DNA of 31,912 nucleotides from a virus (taxonomy: Duplodnaviria > Caudoviricetes). The notes beneath the pieces were generated by a model that did not search any database, was not told the DNA's origin, and saw nothing but the letters and a program-made list of their open reading frames with translations. Position 1 is the stretch's first letter. The number at the start of each line of letters is the position of its first letter. Shown here in pieces: positions 24,221 to 31,912 of the stretch. Location: the IMG/VR virus record IMGVR_UViG_3300032227_000840, positions 1 to 31,912 of that record. The stretch is one strand, 5' to 3'. Position numbers and translations under genes: made by a program.

Positions 24221-25609
24221 GTGGCTTCGATCGGAAAAGTATCCGCCGTTTTCACCGCCTCCACGTCTGGCCTGACGGCTGGAGTGAAGGCAGCGTCGTC
24301 GTCCTTCCGCTCGCTCCAGTCCGATACGGCCTCGCTCTCCTCTTCGATGCGAGCCCTCGTCGCGATCAACGGGGCGCAGCTCTTCGGCTCGATCGCGTCG
24401 TCGGCGATCTCCGGAGCGCGGAGCCTGCTTTCATACGCCGACAGTCAGTCGCAGGTGATCGACTCCGCAAGCAAGATGGCGTCCCGGCTAGGCATGACCT
24501 ACGGCGAGTTCGCCGGCCTGTCGCTCGCGGCCGACTTGGCCGGCGTCTCGATGGATACGATCGGCAAGGCCTCACAGAAGGCCGAGATCGCGTTCGCTAA
24601 GGCTGCCGGCGGATCCAAGATCGCGACGGCGGCATTCGCCGGCCTCGGCCTGTCGGTCGAAGAACTGAACGGAATGTCGGCGTCTGAAAGATTCGACGCG
24701 ATCGCGGCGTCGATCGCGGCAATCCCCGGAGAGGGGCAACGGGCCGCAGCGGCCGTCGGCGTGTTCGGCAAGGCCGGGGCCGAGCTGCTGCCGCTGTTCT
24801 CTGGGGGCGTCGACGGGATCGCCCAGGCTCGGAAGGAAGCCGAGCGTCTCGGGCTCGCTCTGACCTCGACACAGGGCCGCGAGGTCGAGGCGATGAACGA
24901 CTCGTTCACGATGGTATCTAAAGCGATCGCCGGCATCGTCCAGCAGGTCAATGCCTACATGGCTCCGGCTGTTCGTCGGATATCCGAGGCATTCGTGAAG
25001 ATGGTCGGCGACATCGGCGGACAGACCATCGGGCAACGGATCGGCCAGGGGATCATCGACGGGGCGAAGTACCTGGCGACCGTGGCCGACCTGATCGCGA
25101 ACGGGTTCCGGGACATGTACTTCGCCGCTGCCGACGTTCTCGGCGTGACAGTGACGAAGGAGGCGACGCGGCTAAAGGAAATGCAGGCCCAGATTCAGGC
25201 CGGCACCGCCCCGCAGACTGCCGTGGCAGGCTCCGGCGGATTCGTGACGCAACTCGACCCGGCGTTCGCCGCCGAACTGGCAAGCCTGACCGACGCGGTC
25301 GCCGCCCAGCGGCAGCCGCTGACGATGTTCACGGACGCGATCGCGAGCGCCGAGAAGGCGATCACGGACGTTCTCGCTGCTCCGCCAGACGTGGCCCCCA
25401 AGCCTCAACTGCCGCCACCAGCTCCGCCCGTCGTCGTAGATATCTCCCAGGCGATCAAGGGAATTGACTCACGGTCCTCGGCCGGCGTGGCCGAGATGTT
25501 CCGCCTCATGCGAGGCGGTGATGACGTGCAGGAGCGTATAGCATACGGGATCGAGCAGATCGCCGCCAATACGGCTGAGGATGATTTCGTCGTAGCGGAG
25601 GGCTGGTGA
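24221..25609 (+). CDS. Tape measure protein
   Basis: Ala-rich helical protein with MASIGKVSAVFTA N-terminus and FGKAGAELLP motif; follows the chaperones. Confidence 0.85.
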   Translation: MASIGKVSAVFTASTSGLTAGVKAASSSFRSLQSDTASLSSSMRALVAINGAQLFGSIASSAISGARSLLSYADSQSQVIDSASKMASRLGMTYGEFAGLSLAADLAGVSMDTIGKASQKAEIAFAKAAGGSKIATAAFAGLGLSVEELNGMSASERFDAIAASIAAIPGEGQRAAAAVGVFGKAGAELLPLFSGGVDGIAQARKEAERLGLALTSTQGREVEAMNDSFTMVSKAIAGIVQQVNAYMAPAVRRISEAFVKMVGDIGGQTIGQRIGQGIIDGAKYLATVADLIANGFRDMYFAAADVLGVTVTKEATRLKEMQAQIQAGTAPQTAVAGSGGFVTQLDPAFAAELASLTDAVAAQRQPLTMFTDAIASAEKAITDVLAAPPDVAPKPQLPPPAPPVVVDISQAIKGIDSRSSAGVAEMFRLMRGGDDVQERIAYGIEQIAANTAEDDFVVAEGW

Positions 25610-26505
25610 TGGCTGTCGTCTCCTACCAGCGGATCCTCGACGGTGCCGGCCTGTCGGGCAAGTTCGGCGAGTCGCTCCAAGCGACTGAACGCTGGCAGGT
25701 CCGCGTCGACTCGCCGACGACGACCCGCCTCGAGATCCTCCAGACGCTCGCGACCGGCGGGATCGTGTGGGGTGCCTCACACCCAGAGTTTTCCGCACTG
25801 AAGGCGATGGAGTTCACGCTCGACTCCGAAGGCCGCGAGGGAATGCGGTGGATGTTCACCGTGAAATACTACGTCCCTCCTACGACGCGGACTCCACAGG
25901 CCTCGGGGATCCCGAAGGACTCCTGGGAGATAAGCGGCGGGACTGCGACCGTCCCTGTCTTCCGCGACACAAGCGGCGTCTCCATCACGAACGCAGCCGG
26001 CGATCCGCTCGAGGGCCTGGAGCGAGAGCGCGAGGAGGTGACGTGGTCGCTCGTGAAGTGCTACGCGACGGACGCGGCCTTCGCAACCGCGGAGTTTGCG
26101 TATGCCGGGAAAGTTAATAGCGCAAACTGGGGAGCATACGGGGCGAAAACGTGGAAGTGTTATTTGAAGAGCGCGAAGAAGGTCTCCGTCTCGAAGCTCG
26201 ACGGAGCGGCCGACGGGGCGACGCTCGACTACATCGAGACCCACTGGGAGTTTCGATACGACCCCGATACCTGGAAATGCAAGCCGTGGGACGTGGGATT
26301 TACGGAGCTGGTCAGCGGTGAGCGGAAGACAATTACCGGATCCGACGGGAAGGCCGTGAAGCAACCTGTCGCGCTAAACTCCAACGGCACGAAGAAAACG
26401 GCTGGACAAAAGCCGGACGTGATCAATAGCGGAGCCGGCGTCGATATCTACGAGACGGCAAACTTCACGACCGGCTTCGGGACGCCGGTCTTTATTCCCA
26501 CATGA
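25609..26505 (+). CDS. Putative tail tip protein
   Basis: Coupled to the tape measure stop; about 298 aa; family not recognised. Confidence 0.65.
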   Translation: MAVVSYQRILDGAGLSGKFGESLQATERWQVRVDSPTTTRLEILQTLATGGIVWGASHPEFSALKAMEFTLDSEGREGMRWMFTVKYYVPPTTRTPQASGIPKDSWEISGGTATVPVFRDTSGVSITNAAGDPLEGLEREREEVTWSLVKCYATDAAFATAEFAYAGKVNSANWGAYGAKTWKCYLKSAKKVSVSKLDGAADGATLDYIETHWEFRYDPDTWKCKPWDVGFTELVSGERKTITGSDGKAVKQPVALNSNGTKKTAGQKPDVINSGAGVDIYETANFTTGFGTPVFIPT

Positions 26506-26849
26506 GCAAGCCGGTCGCATTCTCCGAGGAAGGCGCTCGTCGCATGATCGCGGCGACGAAGGCCCACGAGGCCGGAAGTCGCAACATGCCTCCGGTCAAG
26601 TTTCGGAGCGTTGGAGGCGACGAAGGCGACCCCGTTCGTCTAGGGAAGACCTCGGCCGCCTGGAACAAGGGCACGACCGCGACGATCAGCGTCTGGGAGA
26701 GCGGAACGCCGCCGAACGAGACCCAGACCTCCGGAGTGACTCTCACTGGATGCGTCAACAAGTTCGCGAACGTCGCGACCGGGAAGTGGGTGATCGTGGC
26801 ACGGGCGGGAAATGGGTCTTACTACCTGATCGCCGCGGAGTGTTCGTAA
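26502..26849 (+). CDS. Putative tail tip protein
   Basis: ATGA coupling; ends YYLIAAECS. Confidence 0.65.
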   Translation: MSKPVAFSEEGARRMIAATKAHEAGSRNMPPVKFRSVGGDEGDPVRLGKTSAAWNKGTTATISVWESGTPPNETQTSGVTLTGCVNKFANVATGKWVIVARAGNGSYYLIAAECS

Positions 26850-27631
26850 TGGTGCTACTGCCGGGGTGCCCGTGCTGCGACGTGCCTGATATAGAGGAAT
26901 GCCCTTTCACATATCAGCAGAACACCGTGATAAGTATCACCGTCGCAAACTCCGGCTACACCTCCGTCCTGGGTTCGCATACTTTCGCCGGCGTTCCGAC
27001 TGGTTACACCGTCGAGAGATGCCTCGATCCTATTCCGTATGTGTCTTCGCCGTTGGCGCGCCAGCTCGCGCCTAATCGGATTATTTCGGATGCCCGCAAT
27101 GAATGGTACCCGGACAGCAACTGCGGAAGAACTGGGGATCCATATCTAGGCGGGATCGGCGCTCAGAGGGGCGAACAATATCACAACGCCAGTATCGGCT
27201 ACGGATACGTCTACCAAAGAGCTACGTCCTCATCTCCTTACAAGATCGTCGACTCAGGAGTCGGCCTCAGTTTCAAGTTTCCGTGGTTGCTGCTCACTAT
27301 TGGTGACCGGTGCAGCTCAGAGTTCGATACTCGTTTCGGCAGTATCAGTTTGCAATCCCCGGAGTTCTATGACACCGGCCAAGGCTTTTTTTTGTCCGTA
27401 GACTCCCCTGCGGTCGGAACTATCTCCGTCGCTCCGCAAACCTTCAACACGGATACTTCGTCGAAATACTTTCGCCTTAGTGTTTCCAACCTACAAGCAA
27501 ACCAAATGTTGCCGATCAGGATATACGGGAAGCTCCCTGTCCCGCTGTATAGTTTTTCGAATGTAACCCCGGCCGACGAAGCAACTTTTGATTTCACGAT
27601 AACAGGTTGCGAGGGCGTAGCGTTTGCGTGA
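26849..27631 (+). CDS. Putative receptor-binding/variable tail protein
   Basis: TAATG start MVLLPGCPCC; AT-richer DNA and a Ser/Thr/Tyr-rich product. Confidence 0.6.
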   Translation: MVLLPGCPCCDVPDIEECPFTYQQNTVISITVANSGYTSVLGSHTFAGVPTGYTVERCLDPIPYVSSPLARQLAPNRIISDARNEWYPDSNCGRTGDPYLGGIGAQRGEQYHNASIGYGYVYQRATSSSPYKIVDSGVGLSFKFPWLLLTIGDRCSSEFDTRFGSISLQSPEFYDTGQGFFLSVDSPAVGTISVAPQTFNTDTSSKYFRLSVSNLQANQMLPIRIYGKLPVPLYSFSNVTPADEATFDFTITGCEGVAFA

Positions 27632-27962
27632 TTCAATGCGTTTCGTTGTGTTGAGTAGGGACGAAGCAGCGCAAGCGAAAGAACGCGGCGCGCCAATAGT
27701 CGGCATTTCAGAGATACCCGGAGATAACGGGCGGGACCGCGTTCTCGTGCAGATAGCGGGCGACTCGGCTCCGGGGTTGGGCGATCTGGTCGCGTCGGCG
27801 TTCGCCGCTGTCGGGATCACAAAGGAGCGAGTGGCGCAGGTTTCCGGCGGCCCGTGCCGATGTTCCGAACGTCAGGCGGCGTTAAACGCTGCCGGGGCGA
27901 AATGGCTCGGCCTGCCGCCTGGCTCCACGGCCCCGGCGGAGATTGATCCGGGGACCCCATAG
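27624..27962 (+). CDS. Hypothetical protein (GLGD..GITKERV..CRCSERQAALN)
   Basis: Overlaps the previous stop; start at 27624 or 27636. Confidence 0.65.
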   Translation: MRDSMRFVVLSRDEAAQAKERGAPIVGISEIPGDNGRDRVLVQIAGDSAPGLGDLVASAFAAVGITKERVAQVSGGPCRCSERQAALNAAGAKWLGLPPGSTAPAEIDPGTP

Positions 27963-27970
27963 CGTAGGGT
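27943..27970 (+). promoter_or_regulatory. Sigma70-like promoter candidate
   Basis: TTGATC-N16-TAGGGT upstream of the phosphoesterase module. Confidence 0.35.
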
Positions 27971-28018
27971 GAAGGCCCGCGGCCAGGGACGGCCGCCGAC
28001 ACAAGCACGGAGGGCCGG

Positions 28019-29038
28019 ATGCGCAAGGGCCAGATCGGCGGCGACGAGATCACGCGTATGGCCCGGCAGCTCGTCGAGCTGCACCAGGACGCCCCGGCCC
28101 GGACGCTGGGCCGCCGGCTCGCGGCCGAGACAGGCGGAGCGATCACACTTCAGCAGGGATACCAGCGGATCCGCCACCAGCTCGGGATCAAAGGGAAGCG
28201 GCAGCGGATCCGGTCGGCTGACTCTTCGCTCCACCGACAGCCGCGGGCCGCCGGCGAAGTCGTGACCATGCCGAAGAGCAAGGCCGAGCCATGGGAGACT
28301 CACGACCTCGGAGTCGTCGGGACGATCGGCGTCCTGTCCGACATCCACGTCCCCTATCACTCCGAGGTCGCCCTCGGGGCAGCGGTCGCAGACCTGAAGT
28401 CGAGCGGGATCGACGCCCTGGTCTTGAACGGCGACACCTGCGATTTCTACGCGATCAGTCGCTGGACGAAGAATCCGCGACACCGAAACTTCAAAGGCGA
28501 GATCGATCAGATCCGCCAGCTCGTGTCGTGGATCCGCCAGGAGTTCCCCACGATTCCGATCGTGTTCAAAACGGGAAACCATGAGGAGCGTTGGGCGCAT
28601 TGGCTGTGGCAACACGCCCCGGAGATATCCGACGAGCCGGAGATGGGGCTCGCGTCCTGGCTCCGTCTCGACCAGCACGACATCACGCTCGTCGACGACC
28701 AGCGGCCGATCATGGCCGGGAAGCTGCCGATCCTTCACGGACACGAAAAGGGGAAGGGGATCTCGGCCCCGGTGAACCAGGCCCGCGGAGCGTTCCTGCG
28801 ACTTCACCACACGGTCCTCGAGGGGCACGGCCACCGGACCTCGGGACACTGCGAACCCGACATGTTCGGACATGAGGTCTTTTGCTGGTCGACCGGCTGC
28901 CTGTGTGACCTTCGTCCGGAATACGCGAGGCTGAATAAGTGGAACCACGGATTCGCGGCCGTGACGACCCACGCCGACGGATCGTTTGACGTGTCGAATC
29001 ACAGGATCACGGCCGACGGCCGAGTGAGGTCGTCGTGA
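28019..29038 (+). CDS. Calcineurin-like metallophosphoesterase
   Basis: SDIH, NGDTCD, GNHE, HGH and GHGH motifs; GGAGG RBS. Confidence 0.9.
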   Translation: MRKGQIGGDEITRMARQLVELHQDAPARTLGRRLAAETGGAITLQQGYQRIRHQLGIKGKRQRIRSADSSLHRQPRAAGEVVTMPKSKAEPWETHDLGVVGTIGVLSDIHVPYHSEVALGAAVADLKSSGIDALVLNGDTCDFYAISRWTKNPRHRNFKGEIDQIRQLVSWIRQEFPTIPIVFKTGNHEERWAHWLWQHAPEISDEPEMGLASWLRLDQHDITLVDDQRPIMAGKLPILHGHEKGKGISAPVNQARGAFLRLHHTVLEGHGHRTSGHCEPDMFGHEVFCWSTGCLCDLRPEYARLNKWNHGFAAVTTHADGSFDVSNHRITADGRVRSS

Positions 29039-29322
29039 GTGGGGACCATCACTTCAAGGTCAGCGGCCTCCGCGTCCTGTGGAGGTATGCCAGGCTTCGT
29101 GGCCGGGCCGCGGGCTGGTCGATCACGCCCGACGAGCGGAGGCCGGACCTCGAGCGAAAGGTCCTGATCGACCAGCGGCTCCGCGGCCGGGCTCGCCTCG
29201 AGACGGAGATCCACGAGGGTCTCCATCAGTTATTCCCCGACCTGGCCGAGGAGACCGTCTCAGGGGCCGGCCGCGATCTCGCGAGAATCCTGTGGTCTCT
29301 GAGGTACAGAATCCATGACTGA
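29035..29322 (+). CDS. Small HExxH (zincin-like) protein
   Basis: LETEIHEGLHQ preceded by KVLIDQRL; GTGA coupling. Confidence 0.65.
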   Translation: MSGDHHFKVSGLRVLWRYARLRGRAAGWSITPDERRPDLERKVLIDQRLRGRARLETEIHEGLHQLFPDLAEETVSGAGRDLARILWSLRYRIHD

Positions 29323-29797
29323 AGCCGACCTCGAGGCCGCGGAGCAGCTCTGCCGCCGGCTCGGTCCGGCCAATTGCTGGACTGGGACGGGAGGTTCTCT
29401 AGCCTCGTTTGCTCTACGAATGATCCGAGAGCTGAAGGAGCGACACATGATCGAGACGAGAACAGCGGCCGAGCAGATGTTGGAGCAGTCGATAGCAGCC
29501 GTCCGCGACCGGCACGGCAAGTACGGACCGCCGGCGGAACACTTCGCCAGGACGGCCGCGATGGTGAACTCCGCCTTCGGGACGAAGTTCACGGCGTCCG
29601 ACTGGGCCCTCGTGATGATCCTCGACAAGGTCTCGCGGCAGCTCGGCGCAGCGGCCACCGACGACGGCGGGATCGACATCGCGGGATATGCTGCCTGCCA
29701 TCAGGAGTGCCGGGTCGCGTCGAGTTCGCCCAGGTCCAGCGGCGGCAGGGTGTCGACCGAGCAGGTGTCCCGCGGGCAGATCAGCGGGTCCACATAG
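29315..29797 (+). CDS. DUF6378-like protein (possible second start at 29447)
   Basis: DRHGKYGPPAEHFARTA..MILDKVSR..IDIAGYAAC. The 3' end overlaps the integrase on the opposite strand. Confidence 0.7.
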   Translation: MTEADLEAAEQLCRRLGPANCWTGTGGSLASFALRMIRELKERHMIETRTAAEQMLEQSIAAVRDRHGKYGPPAEHFARTAAMVNSAFGTKFTASDWALVMILDKVSRQLGAAATDDGGIDIAGYAACHQECRVASSSPRSSGGRVSTEQVSRGQISGST

Positions 29798-30627
29798 ACG
29801 GCCTGGAGGGCCGGGTCGCTGTGGTCGAGGAGCTGGGTCGCCGCGGCGGCTCCGCCCGCCAGGGCCGCGTATGAGGCGGCCATGCGGCGGAATCCGTGGA
29901 ACCCGCGGCCACGATACTCGACGCCGGCAGATCGGCACAGGACCTGTAGAGAGGCCCAGTGGCTGCGGGTCGCCCGGTCCCACGGCCAGACCAGGTCGTC
30001 CGGCCCGCGACGGTGCTCCGCGAGCATCACGGCGAGCTGCGGCGTCACGGCCCTCTCGATGTCGCGGGTCGCTCCTTTCCTCGTCCCGGCCAGGAAGATC
30101 ACGCGACGGCGGTCGAGGTCCACCTGGCCCCAGCGTAGCGACGTGAGGGCCTCGAATCGCTCGCCCGTGCATACGGCCGCGTAGATGAGCGTCGACCACC
30201 ACCACCGGGACGGCAGGCCGCCCGTCCTTCCGATCCGACGCTTCGCCGCCCTGATCAGAGAGCCGACCTCGTCGGCCGTGTAGGCACGACCCAGAGGGAT
30301 TGTCTTCGGGACTTTGACACGCGGGACCTCGGGAAACTCTGTAGTGATTTTCTTACGGGCGAGGTATTCCCAGACGGCCCGGATCATGTTCCTGTCCTTC
30401 CTGATCGTGGCCGGCTTCGGCAGGCGATCACGCCACCCAGGCGTAACTCGTCGCCATTCCAAATACTCCGCGACGACCACGTCCTCGAGGTCTCCGACCG
30501 TCGGCGGTCGTTTCAAGAATCGCTCGAGACGATCGAAGAGCATCCCGTAGAGCGAGACCGTGTGAGGCTTCAACTCGCGGAGCAAGGCATACCGACGAAA
30601 CGCATCACGAAGCAACATAGAACGCAT
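29701..30627 (-). CDS. int: Tyrosine recombinase / phage integrase
   Basis: TGERFEAL (R), TRK (K), FHGFRR (HxxR), LLDHS (H) and AVYVD (Y); AAGGAAG RBS on the - strand. Confidence 0.92.
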   Translation of the reverse strand: MRSMLLRDAFRRYALLRELKPHTVSLYGMLFDRLERFLKRPPTVGDLEDVVVAEYLEWRRVTPGWRDRLPKPATIRKDRNMIRAVWEYLARKKITTEFPEVPRVKVPKTIPLGRAYTADEVGSLIRAAKRRIGRTGGLPSRWWWSTLIYAAVCTGERFEALTSLRWGQVDLDRRRVIFLAGTRKGATRDIERAVTPQLAVMLAEHRRGPDDLVWPWDRATRSHWASLQVLCRSAGVEYRGRGFHGFRRMAASYAALAGGAAAATQLLDHSDPALQAVYVDPLICPRDTCSVDTLPPLDLGELDATRHS

Positions 30628-30719
30628 GGCATCACTTCCTTTTTTGTTTAGATGCCGGGCAGCCTACCGGACTGTACACGCGTCCACCACTATTCCACTC
30701 CCCTCACCTGAACGTTTGT

Positions 30720-30737
30720 ACTCCCCTCGCCTCCACT
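30720..30737 (+). other. attP core candidate resembling a tmRNA/tRNA-Ala 3' end
   Basis: ACT-CCCCT-CGCCTCC-A-CT reads as half T-loop, T-stem strand, acceptor strand and discriminator; located beside int. Confidence 0.6.
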
Positions 30738-30794
30738 CGACATTCCTATCTCCAACTCTCCGCAGCCGGCCCGGCGAAGGCAAACGCCGGCCGG

Positions 30795-30822
30795 TTGATT
30801 CGGGGGCTGGCCCGACTACCCT
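30795..30822 (+). promoter_or_regulatory. Sigma70-like promoter candidate, likely leaderless transcript
   Basis: TTGATT-N16-TACCCT, ending 7 nt before ATG 30829. Confidence 0.45.
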
Positions 30823-30828
30823 CGAGGT

Positions 30829-31074
30829 ATGGCAGTGTTCATCGACCCAGGCACCCGCAAGCCCGTGCTGACCGCAGACGAGGCGGGCGAGCTGCTCGAC
30901 ATCGACCCGAGCAACATTCGGCACTGGGGCCGACGCGGAGAGCTCACGAAGATCGTGGAGTCGCCCAGGCGGGTCTACTACTACCTCCACGAGATCAAGA
31001 AGCGGAACAAGGAAGCCTCCGCTACCAAGAAAAAGCGCGGCGGGCGGCCACGCAAGGGCACCCAGCAAAGCTGA
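30829..31074 (+). CDS. MerR/Xis-like HTH protein (excisionase or repressor)
   Basis: LTADEAGELLDIDPSNIRHWGRRGEL..RRVYY with a basic GGRPRK tail; divergent from int. Confidence 0.8.
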   Translation: MAVFIDPGTRKPVLTADEAGELLDIDPSNIRHWGRRGELTKIVESPRRVYYYLHEIKKRNKEASATKKKRGGRPRKGTQQS

Positions 31075-31130
31075 CGAAGCCCGTCTTTCCGGCCCGAAAC
31101 ATTGGATTCCACGATTTTCTGGATTCCCTA

Positions 31131-31160
31131 TTGACCATTTCACGATAACGTGTTTATCCT
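31131..31160 (+). promoter_or_regulatory. Promoter candidate with overlapping operator-like repeat
   Basis: TTGACC-N18-TATCCT. CCATTTCACGATAACGTG (31135) recurs as CCATTTCACGGAAACGAG (31298). Confidence 0.5.
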
Positions 31161-31217
31161 CCCCGTCGCGTCATGGATGACTTCGACGGTGTGGTCACCA
31201 GTGCAAGGAGGCACGAC

Positions 31218-31289
31218 ATGAACGCCGAGCTGTGGTTCGAGCTGCTGATCGTCCTGGCGAAGATTCTTTCGGTTGGCCTAGACACTTAG
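31218..31289 (+). CDS. 23-aa hydrophobic peptide MNAELWFELLIVLAKILSVGLDT
   Basis: Strong AAGGAGG RBS at 31205-31211; below the ORF-track length cutoff. Confidence 0.55.
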   Translation: MNAELWFELLIVLAKILSVGLDT

Positions 31290-31378
31290 CCTGTATCCCA
31301 TTTCACGGAAACGAGACACGGGAAGATTTCGACTCCCCAACTGCTCGTATCGCCCGAGCGCCACGCGTCAAAAAACGT

Positions 31379-31406
31379 TTGACCTGCTGGTGATCGTTTG
31401 TACAGT
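31379..31406 (+). promoter_or_regulatory. Early-operon promoter candidate
   Basis: TTGACC-N16-TACAGT upstream of 31434. Confidence 0.45.
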
Positions 31407-31433
31407 CAGGACACCCAAACGAAGGACCGAGTG

Positions 31434-31715
31434 ATGACGAACGAAAACGACCCGCACGATCGCGAATACTCCGGTGCCGTTGCAGGAATGGCAGAGACCT
31501 ACGGCCGCCTCACGGCCTGCAATCTGCCGAGCGTCGGCGACCGGATTTCCTACAGGCTGAAGACACACACGGACACCGAATGGGAATCGGGCCGCGTGGT
31601 CCGGATCCAGGAGGCAGGCGACCGACCGCTCGTCGTGGTCGAGGCCGAGGACGAGAAGACGCTCCGCGTAATCGACGGCCGGCCGTGGCCGATCGGCTCG
31701 ATCCTTCCATTCTGA
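31434..31715 (+). CDS. Hypothetical protein with SH3/Tudor-like beta domain
   Basis: AAGGA RBS; VGDRISY..WESGRVVRI..LVVV pattern. Confidence 0.65.
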   Translation: MTNENDPHDREYSGAVAGMAETYGRLTACNLPSVGDRISYRLKTHTDTEWESGRVVRIQEAGDRPLVVVEAEDEKTLRVIDGRPWPIGSILPF

Positions 31716-31727
31716 GGAGGCCGACAC

Positions 31728-31912
31728 ATGTCACGCATGACCTCACGCAACGACACCGCCCTTCACCGGAACACGAACGACAAAAACCACCCGATGGCAC
31801 GCGGGGCCCGCCTAGCCCGGCATCTGGTGATCGCCGCCTGGCGGCCGCTGCGGGCCCTGGAGGACCTGCTCGACGAGGTCGAGCGGACACGGTGCCCCGT
31901 GAATAGCGTCAC
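31728..31912 (+). CDS. Hypothetical protein, 5' part; continues across the junction to 199
   Basis: GAGGAGG RBS at 31714; frame stays open into the repeat. Confidence 0.75.
   Translation, partial: MSRMTSRNDTALHRNTNDKNHPMARGARLARHLVIAAWRPLRALEDLLDEVERTRCPVNSV
31790..31912. repeat. Terminal direct repeat, right copy
   Basis: Identical to 1-123. Confidence 0.97.

Noticed and set aside
26849-27631. Diversity-generating retroelement target
   Set aside because: There is no reverse transcriptase, and I saw no template/variable repeat pair.
27939-27970. Fifth copy of the GAGATTC late motif
   Set aside because: It reads GAGATTG with 19-nt spacing and fits the TTGA-N16 sigma70-like class better.
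29701-30627. Phage integrase as the IntI serving the cassette array
   Set aside because: It lacks room for the IntI-specific insertion, is far from the attI-like site, and has its own tRNA-like attP next to it. Not formally excluded without an assay.
30700-30740. Complete tRNA or tmRNA gene
   Set aside because: Only a 3'-end fragment is present, with no matching 5' half or full T-loop.
31790-31912. 123-bp terminal repeat as a biological terminal repeat or LTR
   Set aside because: It falls mid-gene, and the HNH/P27 terS/TerL set suggests cos packaging. It is best explained as assembler overlap of a circle.

Overview
This window is a complete, circularly assembled temperate tailed-phage genome. 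The unit length is 31,789 bp, because 1-123 is repeated exactly at 31790-31912. It is GC-rich and has an HK97-type head module and a siphovirus-like tail module. The host is probably a planctomycete (inference). Almost all genes are on the + strand, in this order: early/recombination genes (Sak4-like ATPase, DUF669-like SSB, HNH-like protein, replication initiator with internal ori), an accessory array, RusA, fibre-like structural genes, HNH-terS-terL-portal-protease, a membrane/protease cluster, capsid, neck, tail with a -1 frameshifted chaperone, tape measure, tip genes and a phosphoesterase module. A tyrosine integrase lies on the - strand beside a tmRNA/tRNA-Ala-like attP core. The standout feature is 4453-6039, an integron-like cassette array on the - strand with an attI-like site, two intact attC-like sites and one half site, but no IntI in the genome. 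Its cassette genes run antisense to the canonical orientation and start inside the attC loops. Other notable signals are a conserved GAGATTC-N18-TAnnnT late-promoter motif, a pseudoknotted intergenic RNA candidate, a protease-HAD fusion, and two proteases plus membrane proteins where no endolysin is recognisable. All calls come from reading motifs by eye. No database searches were run.
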